From assembly GCF_000283555.1 (NCBI RefSeq), contig NC_016012.1:150001-182000 (forward strand): 32,000 nucleotides of DNA. The letters run 5' to 3'. The notes under the pieces were generated by a model. That model had not been told where the DNA came from. It did no database searches and saw only the letters and a program-made list of their open reading frames with translations. Shown in pieces: positions 22,325 through 30,229 of the stretch. Source of the DNA: Candidatus Arthromitus sp. SFB-rat-Yit (GTDB taxonomy: Bacteria; Bacillota; Clostridia; Clostridiales; Clostridiaceae). Both the position numbers and the translations under genes were made by a program. Position 1 is the first letter of the stretch. Each line of letters opens with the position of its first letter.

Positions 22325-23161
22325 ATGAACTTTATGATTAATTATGAACAATATTCTGTTATAGGAGACCCTATACAATGTAGTGTTTCCCCATTTATAC
22401 ATAGAACTATTTTTAATTATTTTAATGAGGAGTATAAAATGTATTCTAAGCTCAAGATTACTTCTGACGGGCTAGTATATAATTTTAGTTTGCTAAAGAG
22501 TAATTTTCAAGGATTTAACATAACTTCTCCTCACAAGATTAACATAATAAAGTATTTAGATGAATTGGACGATTTTTCGAAACAAGTAGGGTGTGTAAAT
22601 ACTGTTAAGGTTTCAAATGGTAAAGCTGTGGGATATAACACTGATGTTTATGGTTTTTTAAAAGGTCTTGGAGATTACAAAGATAAGATTAGTGGAAATG
22701 ATATATTGGTTTTGGGAAGTGGTGCAACTTCTAGGATAGTTATAAGCTCTTTGATTGATTTAGGGGCAAATGTATATGTTTGTGCAAGGAATCTTGAAAA
22801 ATTAAATGCTCTTAAGAAGTTAATGTATGAGATACATGATGGTTATGAGATTAATACTGAAATATTAGATAAGGTGCAAGGTACATATTTTGGAGTGGTA
22901 AATACAATAAATTTAACGAGTAATTTTGATTTGTGCGGAGTGGATATTTCAAACTTTGTTTATGATGTTAATTATAATGTTGGATATATTACAAATTTTT
23001 TGAGCAAATTTTCGAATGAAAATTTAACTCTTATTGATGGTCGAGATATGGTTTTTTATCAAGCAATAAAATCTCAAGAAATTTGGAGAGGGTGTAAAAT
23101 AGATCAAGAGGATGTTTCGAATATATATAAAGAATTCATAAAGATTTTCTTGGAGGAGTAA
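22325..23161 (+). CDS. aroE: shikimate dehydrogenase
   Basis: GDPIQCSVSPFIH, FNITSPHK, GCVNTV, GYNTDVYG and the GSGATSR nucleotide loop. Confidence 0.88.
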   Translation: MNFMINYEQYSVIGDPIQCSVSPFIHRTIFNYFNEEYKMYSKLKITSDGLVYNFSLLKSNFQGFNITSPHKINIIKYLDELDDFSKQVGCVNTVKVSNGKAVGYNTDVYGFLKGLGDYKDKISGNDILVLGSGATSRIVISSLIDLGANVYVCARNLEKLNALKKLMYEIHDGYEINTEILDKVQGTYFGVVNTINLTSNFDLCGVDISNFVYDVNYNVGYITNFLSKFSNENLTLIDGRDMVFYQAIKSQEIWRGCKIDQEDVSNIYKEFIKIFLEE

Positions 23162-23593
23162 TTGAAAAAGGTACTTATTATAAATGGACCTAATTTAAAT
23201 TTTTTGGGTAGGCGTCAAAATTATATTTATGGAAATGAAACTTTATATGAAATAAATGAGTATATAAAATCAGAAGGAGAGAAGATTTCTATTTCTGTTG
23301 ATTTTTATCAAAGCAATCATGAAGGGGATATTATAGATAAAATTTATAATGAATGTGAAAATTATGATGGCTTTGTGATAAATGCAGGAGCATTTACTCA
23401 TTATAGTTATGCTATATATGATGCTATATTATCGGTAGATAAGATATTTATAGAGGTTCATTTATCTAATGTATTTTCAAGGGATGATTTTAGAAAAAAG
23501 AGTGTTATAGCTGGAGCGTGTTTTGGGCAAATTTGTGGATTTGGTAAGAACTCGTATGTTTTAGCACTTTATGCTTTAATAGAAATATTTTAG
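23162..23593 (+). CDS. aroQ: type II 3-dehydroquinate dehydratase
   Basis: INGPNLNFLGRR, QSNHEGDIID, NAGAFTHYSYA, EVHLSNVFSRDDFR. TTG start abuts the aroE stop. Confidence 0.9.
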   Translation: MKKVLIINGPNLNFLGRRQNYIYGNETLYEINEYIKSEGEKISISVDFYQSNHEGDIIDKIYNECENYDGFVINAGAFTHYSYAIYDAILSVDKIFIEVHLSNVFSRDDFRKKSVIAGACFGQICGFGKNSYVLALYALIEIF

Positions 23594-23602
23594 AGGTTTG
23601 GA

Positions 23603-24382
23603 ATGGATTTAGAGGATTACAGGAGTAAAATTGTTAATTGTGATTATAGGATTTTGAAGGTACTTGAACAGAGGTACAACTGGGTTCTTAAGGTTTCCAA
23701 TTATAAGGAAAAGAATAGAAAGCCGATTCTTGATAAGAAAAGAGAAGAAGGGATTAGAGCTGATTTTTTAAAAAATATGAGTCATACATATTTTAAGAGA
23801 TATCACGAAGAAGAATTTATAAAGATTATAAATGCAATAATGGAAGTCAGTCGTGATATACAGTATAGGAAAATTTATAAAAAAAATATTGTGCTTATTG
23901 GTTTTATGGGATGTGGTAAGACTACACTTGGTAGGATACTTGCAAGAAAGATAGGTGTCAAGTTTTTAGATACAGATTATCAGATTGAGAAAAGGCTTAT
24001 GATGAAAGTGGGAGAAATATTCTCAACTCTTGGTGAAGAATATTTTAGAAAAGTTGAGAGTGATGTGATTAAAAATATAGCTAATGGATTCCATGGAGTA
24101 GTTTCAACTGGTGGGGGTAGCGTTCTTAATAAATCAAATGTTAAATATTTAAAGTCGTCTGGGAAATTGATTTACTTAAGATCTTCTGCAGAAAATATAT
24201 TTTATAATTTGAAGAGGAGTACTAAAGAGAGACCTCTTCTTAAACAAAATTTAAATATAAATTATATACAAAAATTTATAAAATCTAGACATGAGATTTA
24301 TAATAAAGTTAAGGATTATGAGATAAATGTAGACAATATGTCTATGGATAAAATAATTCATTATATATATAGAATAATGTAG
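23603..24382 (+). CDS. aroK: bifunctional chorismate mutase (AroQ-class, N-terminal) / shikimate kinase
   Basis: Residues 1-~95 follow the CM_2 helical pattern (YRSKIVNCDYRILKVLEQR...ILDKKREEGI). The rest is shikimate kinase (GFMGCGKTTLGR, LDTDYQIE, STGGG). Confidence 0.8.
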   Translation: MDLEDYRSKIVNCDYRILKVLEQRYNWVLKVSNYKEKNRKPILDKKREEGIRADFLKNMSHTYFKRYHEEEFIKIINAIMEVSRDIQYRKIYKKNIVLIGFMGCGKTTLGRILARKIGVKFLDTDYQIEKRLMMKVGEIFSTLGEEYFRKVESDVIKNIANGFHGVVSTGGGSVLNKSNVKYLKSSGKLIYLRSSAENIFYNLKRSTKERPLLKQNLNINYIQKFIKSRHEIYNKVKDYEINVDNMSMDKIIHYIYRIM

Positions 24383-24396
24383 GAGGGGGTTTTAAA

Positions 24397-24627
24397 ATGC
24401 AAACAGTTCTTTATGTAATTCAGTTTATACTTGTAATTGGTATTTTGATTATAGTATTAATGCAACCAAGTAAAGCTGATGGTCTTAAGGGATTTATGAC
24501 AGGATCTCAAGAAACATTTTTTAATAAAAATAAGTCTAAGACGAGGGAGGCAAAGCTTGTTAAGATAACTTATTTATTAGCTATATTATTTGGATTAAAT
24601 ACAATTTTGATCAATATTATATTATAA
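24397..24627 (+). CDS. secG: preprotein translocase subunit SecG
   Basis: 76 aa with two TM helices. Typical SecG loop (LMQPSKADGL) and strong RBS AGGAGGGGG. Confidence 0.88.
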   Translation: MQTVLYVIQFILVIGILIIVLMQPSKADGLKGFMTGSQETFFNKNKSKTREAKLVKITYLLAILFGLNTILINIIL

Positions 24628-24636
24628 AATTTTAAG

Positions 24637-24674
24637 ACTTTATTTAGATTTTTGGATTTAAATAAAGTTTTTTT
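24637..24674 (+). terminator. rho-independent terminator after secG
   Basis: 10-bp stem ACTTTATTTA (24637-24646) / TAAATAAAGT (24659-24668) followed by T7. Confidence 0.7.
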
Positions 24675-24690
24675 GTTTGTGGAGGAAATT

Positions 24691-26781
24691 ATGATTGAAA
24701 AAATATTGAAGTGTATTTATATAGATAATTTAAAATTAAATTATAAAGAGATGTTAAAGAAGTTTAAGGTTTCTGATTTGAAACTGTTTAATAAGAGTTT
24801 GGATAAACTTAAGCATGATAATATTATTTTTAAGGATAAAAATGGGAGGTTTGTAAAGAGTAATAGAGATGATATTTATTTTGGAGTATATGATGGGACG
24901 AAGAAGGGATTTGGATTTTTGCTTCTTGAGGGTGAAAATGACATTTTTATATCTAGGACTTCATCAAATGGGTGTATGGATAAGGATAGCGTAATTGTTA
25001 AAGTTATAGAGGATAAGTCTAGAAGTAATCGTAAAATTGGAGAAGTTATTTATGTAATTGATCGTTATAATAAAGAAATAATTGGAGAGTATCAAGATTT
25101 AAAATCCTTTGGGTTTGTTGTTCCGAGGAATTACAATATTAACTATGATATTTATATACCAAAGAAGTATAGGATGGGTGCTAAGAATGGAGATGTTGTT
25201 TCTGTTAAGATAACTAAGTATCCAATTTTGGGAAAAAAACCTGAGGGAATAGTAAATGAAATACTTGGAAATAAGAATAGAAAAGATATAAATATGCGTG
25301 TTCTTATGAAAAAGTATAATTTGAAAGAAGACTTTCCCAAAGATGTTTTAAATGAAGCTAAGAGTTTTCGTATGAGGGTTAAAGAAGATGATTTTACAAA
25401 TAGAAGAGATCTTAGAAATTTATCGATTGTTACGATTGATGGAAGTGATGCGAAAGATTTAGATGATGCCGTATATGTTAAAAAAGATGGGGAGAATTAT
25501 AAATTATCTGTACATATAGCTGATGTTTCCCATTATGTAAAATATGGAAGTAAGCTTGATCGTGAAGCTCTAAAAAGGGGTACTTCTGTTTATTTAATAG
25601 ATAAAGTTATACCCATGCTTCCTAAAGAGTTATCGAATGATTTGTGTTCTTTAAATTCTGGAACAGATAAGCTTACTTTAAGCTGTGAGATGGTTATAAA
25701 TAGTTTTGGGGAAGTAATTTCTTATGATATATTTGAGAGTGTGATAAGAACTAAGTATAGGTTAACCTATGATAATGTTCAGGATATAATAGATGGTAAA
25801 ACGCATGAGTTTTCTGATATACATGATATGATTTTTAATATGAAAGATTTGGCTGAGATATTAAATGAAAAAAGAGAGCGTAGAGGATCTATTAATTTTG
25901 ATTTTCCAGAATGCAAAATATCTTTGAATGAGGATGGGGATATTTTGGATATAAGTGCTTTTGTGCGTAAATTTTCTCACAAAATAATAGAAGAGTTTAT
26001 GCTTTTGTGTAATGAAACTATTGCAGAACATATGTTTTTTTTGAATTATCCATTTCCATATAGAATACATGAAGAACCGGATATGGAAAAGATTATGAAT
26101 TTAATAAATATACTTCATAATTTAAATTATAATCTAAGAGTTAATGATAAGGTTTATTCAAACCAAATACAGAAGGTACTTTCTCATTTCAAAGGTAGAG
26201 ATGAGGAGATGTTTTTGAGCAAATTTATTTTAAGGAGCATGTCAAAAGCTAGATATTTAAAAGAGTGTATGGGACATTTTGGGCTTTCGACTAAATATTA
26301 TTGTCATTTTACATCTCCGATTCGAAGGTATCCTGATTTGGTTGCCCATAGGATTATAAAATTATCTCTAAAGGGAAGCATAGGAGATAAACTTCTTAAA
26401 AATTTATCTGAAGAGGTTTCTGTTTGTTGTGAAAATTCATCACTTAGAGAGAGGGAAGCGGAGGAATCAGAAAGAGAATTATATGATATTAAGAAGGCTG
26501 AATTTATGAAGGATAAAATAGGTGAGGAGTATACGGGAATAATATCATCTATAACGAGTTTTGGTTTTTTTGTTGATCTCCCAAATACTATAAGAGGGCT
26601 TGTTCATATTAATGATATGAATGATGACATTTATCATTTTGATGAAGAGAATATTTCTTTAATTGGGGAATGTAATAAAAATGTGTTTAAGATTGGTATG
26701 ATGGTTCATGTAAAAGTTTTAAATGTTATTTTAGAAAACAATGAAATTTATTTTGGTTTAGTAGGTGAAAATCATGAGTAA
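24691..26781 (+). CDS. rnr: ribonuclease R
   Basis: RNB catalytic core ([26 protein letters not shown]) and a C-terminal S1 domain ([15 protein letters not shown]). ATG at 24691 follows GGAGGA; the ORF-track TTG at 24652 lies inside the secG terminator. Confidence 0.94.
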   Translation: MIEKILKCIYIDNLKLNYKEMLKKFKVSDLKLFNKSLDKLKHDNIIFKDKNGRFVKSNRDDIYFGVYDGTKKGFGFLLLEGENDIFISRTSSNGCMDKDSVIVKVIEDKSRSNRKIGEVIYVIDRYNKEIIGEYQDLKSFGFVVPRNYNINYDIYIPKKYRMGAKNGDVVSVKITKYPILGKKPEGIVNEILGNKNRKDINMRVLMKKYNLKEDFPKDVLNEAKSFRMRVKEDDFTNRRDLRNLSIVTIDGSDAKDLDDAVYVKKDGENYKLSVHIADVSHYVKYGSKLDREALKRGTSVYLIDKVIPMLPKELSNDLCSLNSGTDKLTLSCEMVINSFGEVISYDIFESVIRTKYRLTYDNVQDIIDGKTHEFSDIHDMIFNMKDLAEILNEKRERRGSINFDFPECKISLNEDGDILDISAFVRKFSHKIIEEFMLLCNETIAEHMFFLNYPFPYRIHEEPDMEKIMNLINILHNLNYNLRVNDKVYSNQIQKVLSHFKGRDEEMFLSKFILRSMSKARYLKECMGHFGLSTKYYCHFTSPIRRYPDLVAHRIIKLSLKGSIGDKLLKNLSEEVSVCCENSSLREREAEESERELYDIKKAEFMKDKIGEEYTGIISSITSFGFFVDLPNTIRGLVHINDMNDDIYHFDEENISLIGECNKNVFKIGMMVHVKVLNVILENNEIYFGLVGENHE

Positions 26782-27235
26782 AAAATCAAATGTAATATCT
26801 CAAAATAAGAAAGCATTTCACGATTATTTTATTGAGGAGAATTATGAGGCTGGAATTGTTTTGGTTGGAACTGAGGTTAAATCTATAAGGTCTCATGGAG
26901 CTAACTTAAAAGATAGTTACGGAGTTTTTAAAAATAGGGAGTTATATATAATAAACATGCATATAAGTCCCTATGAAAAGGGAAATATATTTAATAGAGA
27001 TCCACTTCGTGATAGAAAGTTATTACTTCATAAAAAGGAGTTATCAGATCTTTTTATAAAAAAGAATCAGGAAGGGTATTCTCTTATACCTATTTCTCTT
27101 TATCTTAAAGATGGTATTATAAAGGTAAATTTGGGCCTTTGTCGTGGTAAGAAAAATTATGATAAAAGGGATTCGATGCTTGAGCGTGAACACAGAAGAG
27201 ATATAGATAGGGCTATGAAAGAGAAATATAGGTAG
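26774..27235 (+). CDS. smpB: SsrA-binding protein SmpB
   Basis: [38 protein letters not shown] at 26774 follows AGGTGA and overlaps the rnr 3' end by 8 nt. Confidence 0.95.
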   Translation: MSKKSNVISQNKKAFHDYFIEENYEAGIVLVGTEVKSIRSHGANLKDSYGVFKNRELYIINMHISPYEKGNIFNRDPLRDRKLLLHKKELSDLFIKKNQEGYSLIPISLYLKDGIIKVNLGLCRGKKNYDKRDSMLEREHRRDIDRAMKEKYR

Positions 27236-27239
27236 CTTG

Positions 27240-27268
27240 TTGAAAAAATATTTTTAAGGTGGTATACT
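27240..27268 (+). promoter_or_regulatory. sigma-A type promoter for ssrA
   Basis: TTGAAA (27240-27245), 17-nt spacer, TGgTATACT extended -10 (27260-27268). It lies ~25 nt upstream of the mature 5' end. Confidence 0.6.
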
Positions 27269-27291
27269 GATTTAAGGATAATTTTTATCAA

Positions 27292-27651
27292 GGGGGCGTA
27301 TTTTGGTTTCGACGGGGGTACTGGAGTATTTAGATAGCGAGTAGAGTTTTAGTGGATTCTCTTTAAAAATTTACTAAAAAAAGTAAACGACAAAAATTAT
27401 TCTTTACAAGCTGCTTAATTAATAGCTAGCTTCATCTAGTTTGCGAGTCCTACGGCGCAAATATAGGTGTCAAATTTAAGTAGGGAAACGAGCCTTAAAA
27501 AGCTTTGATTAAGGAACGGGATTTATGAAGCTACTTTGTACAAATTTTGTTTATGGAAGTTGTATAAAGGAATTTAAAACATAAACTGCACTCGGAGAGA
27601 TTTAAATATGACTACTTTCGGACAGGGGTTCAACTCCCCTCGCCTCCACCA
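27292..27651 (+). ncRNA. ssrA: tmRNA (SsrA)
   Basis: 5' GGGGGCG pairs with CGCCTCC before ACCA, including the G3:U pair. T-arm is GGGGTTCAACTCCCC. Tag ORF GTA AAC GAC AAA AAT TAT TCT TTA CAA GCT GCT TAA spans 27383-27418. Sits directly after smpB. Confidence 0.95.
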
Positions 27652-27659
27652 TAACATCT

Positions 27660-27702
27660 ACCATCTATTGATAAAAGTAATTTTGTCAGCAGGTGGTTTT
27701 TT
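27660..27702 (+). terminator. ssrA terminator
   Basis: Arms ACCATCTATTGA (27660-27671) and TCAGCAGGTGGT (27686-27697) form 9 Watson-Crick pairs, 2 G:U pairs and 1 mismatch. T6 follows. Confidence 0.6.
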
Positions 27703-27846
27703 GTTTGTCCAAAAGTCCAGTTATACTAGGCTTTCCTGCGTTTGTGGGATTTGCGTTGTAGCAATCAATAGTTGGTGTTTTCATAGAGGGTTTTTAGAGG
27801 ACGCTTGACACGAAGCATAGCGGTTTTCGGGGCAGCCGCAGGGGCA

Positions 27847-27926
27847 AATCGTTAAAAGAAAGGTAATCGTTAAAAGTTGCACCGAAAATCAGGCTATCTT
27901 TTAACGATACATCGACCCGTTAAAAA
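27847..27926. repeat. cluster of AATCGTTAAAAG motifs (2 direct, 1 inverted, 1 partial)
   Basis: Identical 12-mers at 27847-27858 and 27865-27876. Inverted CTTTTAACGAT at 27898-27908. Partial CCGTTAAAAA at 27917-27926. Confidence 0.7.
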
Positions 27927-27936
27927 TAAGGGTTCA

Positions 27937-27994
27937 GGCAAAGAAAAACAGCCCACCGATTGGCGAGCAGGATGCCTTGATTTAGCAATGTTAA
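27937..27994. repeat. direct repeat copy A (recombinase 3'-flank sequence)
   Basis: 27937-27979 matches 29365-29407 at 40 of 43 positions. 27974-27994 matches 29496-29516 at 17 of 21. Homology ends 1 nt past the position equivalent to the recombinase stop codon. Confidence 0.8.
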
Positions 27995-28001
27995 TGTGTA
28001 T

Positions 28002-28028
28002 AAAAAAGACACCCCCTTCGGAGTGTCT
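28002..28028 (-). terminator. rho-independent terminator of the PadR-membrane protein operon
   Basis: Minus strand reads GACACTCCGAAGGGGGTGTC followed by TTTTTT. Confidence 0.75.
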
Positions 28029-28109
28029 ATAAGAGCAGTTACTTATATTCCATGTGGGATGATTATAGTTATGTCAATCCCGTTACATTTTGTTCATTTC
28101 AAAATAATA

Positions 28110-28895
28110 TTAAATTGGTTTCCGCGTACTTTTCCAAGTATTCCAAATGCCTGTGGCTATTTCTATGATGGCAATGACGATAATTACGACAGAAGTAATC
28201 AATGCGCCTATGCCTATATATCGTAGAATGTCAGCCCCACCAGCTATTGTGCTCATATATTCGAGAAATTCAGTGCTTATCAAATCCGGCCAATTCAAGG
28301 CAGAAATAACAACGCCTGCCCATACGACATTGTAGATTGCGTTTATTACGCAAAGCGGAATATTCCATTTTGCCCAATACAACCTAAAGCCATTTACAAT
28401 GAACCCTAAAACCCCAAGCATAACGAGATACGGTATAAACCTCTCCAATGCGGCCTGTGAAAGAGGAGTGATAATGTCCGCACCGCGCACAAATATAAAG
28501 AACGATTCTTCACGAATAATCATAGCGATAAATAGCACGGGGAGAAATACCGATATAATCATTCCCGCGATAGATGAGGAGCGCGAGATTTTAATACCCG
28601 TCGGCAATTGAGGTAAATCTTCGGGCTTCCACTCTTGTTTATAACCGCATTTTTCGGCAATTACAAAACCTACCGTAATCCATAGCGCAGTTTGCAGTGC
28701 CCCCTCAAACGCCATGGCAATACCGCTTGAGATAATCTGAACTATTGAGCCAGATGACAGAGCTAAAACCACTCCTATACAGCCGCAAACGACTGCTACA
28801 ATTGCCGTCACCGCTTCACGCTTGATTTCACCGCGCTCATTCTCTGGCAAGCGGCGTGTAACATCATAAATATAACGCTCAATCATTTCATTCAT
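28110..28895 (-). CDS. PadR-associated multi-pass membrane protein (DUF1700/HAAS-like N-terminal helix, ~6 TM)
   Basis: N-terminus MNEMIERYIYDVTRRLPENERGEIKRE is the short helical module typical of membrane proteins encoded next to PadR regulators. About 6 hydrophobic helices follow. The start is 5 nt after the PadR stop. Confidence 0.75.
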   Translation of the reverse strand: MNEMIERYIYDVTRRLPENERGEIKREAVTAIVAVVCGCIGVVLALSSGSIVQIISSGIAMAFEGALQTALWITVGFVIAEKCGYKQEWKPEDLPQLPTGIKISRSSSIAGMIISVFLPVLFIAMIIREESFFIFVRGADIITPLSQAALERFIPYLVMLGVLGFIVNGFRLYWAKWNIPLCVINAIYNVVWAGVVISALNWPDLISTEFLEYMSTIAGGADILRYIGIGALITSVVIIVIAIIEIATGIWNTWKSTRKPI

Positions 28896-28900
28896 TTCGG

Positions 28901-29236
28901 TTAATCCTTTCCCAACAGATTTTCCATTTCACAGGTCATGCGCCGCCATTCATCTCGCAACTGCGCGTGGAGCACCCGGCCTCGGTCGATGAGTGTATAG
29001 TATTTACGCGGACGGCTTTCGGCGGTGTCCCATTGGCTTTGTAATAAGCCCTGTGACTCTAAACGCCGTAGTAATGGATAGAGTGTATTGGCTTCAATGC
29101 GGATGCCCTGTTTTTCCATGTCCTGCAACAGCTCATATCCATATTTAGGTTGATTTATGCTGCTCAATACGGCGAGGACAAGCGTGCCTCGTCGCAAATC
29201 GACAATTAAGCCTTGAAGCAGTTCATCTTCCGACAT
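28901..29236 (-). CDS. PadR-family transcriptional regulator
   Basis: Winged-HTH pattern LAVLSSINQPKYGYELLQDMEK...NTLYPLLRRLESQGLLQSQW...RKYYTLIDRG. ATG at 29236 lies 8 nt after GGAGG; the two upstream in-frame starts are too close to the RBS. Confidence 0.9.
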   Translation of the reverse strand: MSEDELLQGLIVDLRRGTLVLAVLSSINQPKYGYELLQDMEKQGIRIEANTLYPLLRRLESQGLLQSQWDTAESRPRKYYTLIDRGRVLHAQLRDEWRRMTCEMENLLGKD

Positions 29237-29364
29237 TAGCATCACCTCCGGCTTTTATTATACTGTGCTACACACACTATTATAAATAACTTATTATGAG
29301 GTTTCCTATAATATTTATATTTTCCTTACACGCCTTTTTACATAGCTTCCGTGCGGTCATTCTT

Positions 29365-29516
29365 GGCAAAGAAAAACAGCCCGCCGATTGGCGAGCCGGA
29401 TACCTTGGCAACCTTACAACCTTGACCGAGAAAGCCGTATGATTATTGGGTTTTTTATATGATTTAAGGTTGCCAATACCCTTGATGGATTGATAACCTT
29501 GATTTGGCGTTGTTAA
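29365..29516. repeat. direct repeat copy B, interrupted by an ~88-bp segment
   Basis: Matches copy A at both ends. The extra segment 29408-29495 is bounded by ACCTTG on each side and carries 9-bp inverted repeats GGCAACCTT (29407-29415) and AAGGTTGCC (29466-29474). Confidence 0.75.
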
Positions 29517-29983
29517 GCCGTGACTTCCGAGTCGTTCTTGAACCTGAATGTCATTATGCCGTCACGGTAGACCGTCACTTGGTCGATTACGGCAAGCCAC
29601 AGCTTTTCGTCGAACTCGTCGATGGCAATTGGGCGGCTCTTGATGTCTTTGATGAAACCCTCGATAATCTTTGCCTTGCCGAGGCGCTCCCGTTTGTCGG
29701 TCTCCAATTCATCAACTTGTTCGGAAGCCCTACGATGTCGGTTGAGGTAGGCGTTATTGCTCTCCGACCATTCCGTCTGATTGACAGCAGTTCAAGCATT
29801 TTCGTAAATTGCCTTTCGGGATAGCTCGGTGACAACCTCAATCTCACGGAACAATTTTGCGAGTTCCGCATCAATCGCCGTCGTATCACAAAGGACGTTT
29901 TGAGCAAGGCGGCAGTCCTCAATCAGACCATCGCGGTCATGCATCAGGTGGCTAAAAGCTGTTAAGAACCTTTCCTTTTGCTT
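29513..29983 (-). pseudogene. large serine recombinase, C-terminal remnant only (coiled-coil/DUF4368-like tail) with an internal stop
   Basis: Translation reads ...FLTAFSHLMHDRDGLIEDCRLAQNVLCDTTAIDAELAKLFREIEVVTELSRKAIYENA*TAVNQTEWSESNNAYLNRHR...FDEKLWLAVIDQVTVYRDGIMTFRFKNDSEVTA. In-frame TGA at 29794..29792. The catalytic, recombinase and zinc-ribbon domains are absent. Confidence 0.8.
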
Positions 29984-30037
29984 TCAAGTCCGCTTGATGA
30001 CTTACAAGGGGTGCTGTTAAAGCAATATGCTGGCTAA

Positions 30038-30229
30038 ACAATAGATTTTTTGACGCTTTATGAAGAGCACAGCGTTGACCGCCCATATATCAAGAAAAAT
30101 TATAAAGAAGTCTTACGCATGATGTTTGAGATGGGATTGATTAGTGCCGTAAATCCAAAGACCAACAAACCTCCTCGAAAAGGTTCGTTTTCGGATGAAA
30201 TGCGTATAACTTTTGGAGGTGCTGTATGA
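30038..30229 (+). pseudogene. 3' fragment of a TcmP-like (three-Cys-motif partner) gene
   Basis: A 63-codon open frame with no start (TIDFLTLYEEHSVDRPYIKKNYKEVLRMMFEMGLISAV...RITFGGAV). Its stop overlaps the DUF5131 start (ATGA). Assignment rests mainly on the known TcmP-DUF5131 pairing. Confidence 0.45.

Noticed and set aside
24652-24690. ORF-track TTG start for rnr at 24652
   Set aside because: The TTG lies inside the secG terminator hairpin. The ATG at 24691, preceded by GGAGGA, gives the normal RNase R N-terminus.
27775-27795. Possible att-type direct repeat: GTGTTTTCATAGAGGG (27775-) against GTGTTTTTATAGAAAAGGG (30918-) near the two island ends
   Set aside because: The match is about 14 nt and gapped. 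It is not positioned exactly at the composition boundaries, so I cannot distinguish it from chance by eye.
27608-27808. 66-aa + strand ORF from the ORF track
   Set aside because: It starts inside the 3' third of the tmRNA and runs through its terminator. It has no RBS. It is an artefact of the structured RNA and the GC-richer flank.
27847-27908. The 12-mer repeats considered as a mini CRISPR array
   Set aside because: There are only two direct copies, with a 6-nt gap between them, plus an inverted copy. That does not match CRISPR repeat/spacer geometry, and there are no cas genes.
27996-28611. Three + strand ORFs (27996..28226, 28147..28335, 28399..28611)
   Set aside because: All are antisense to the well-supported membrane-protein gene at 28110..28895 and lack RBSs. 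GC-richer DNA generates long spurious antisense frames.
29504-29922. ORFs 29504..29824 (+) and 29587..29922 (-)
   Set aside because: Only the third frame (minus, in phase with the stop at 29513) gives a recognisable recombinase tail. These two are off-frame or antisense read-throughs of that pseudogene.
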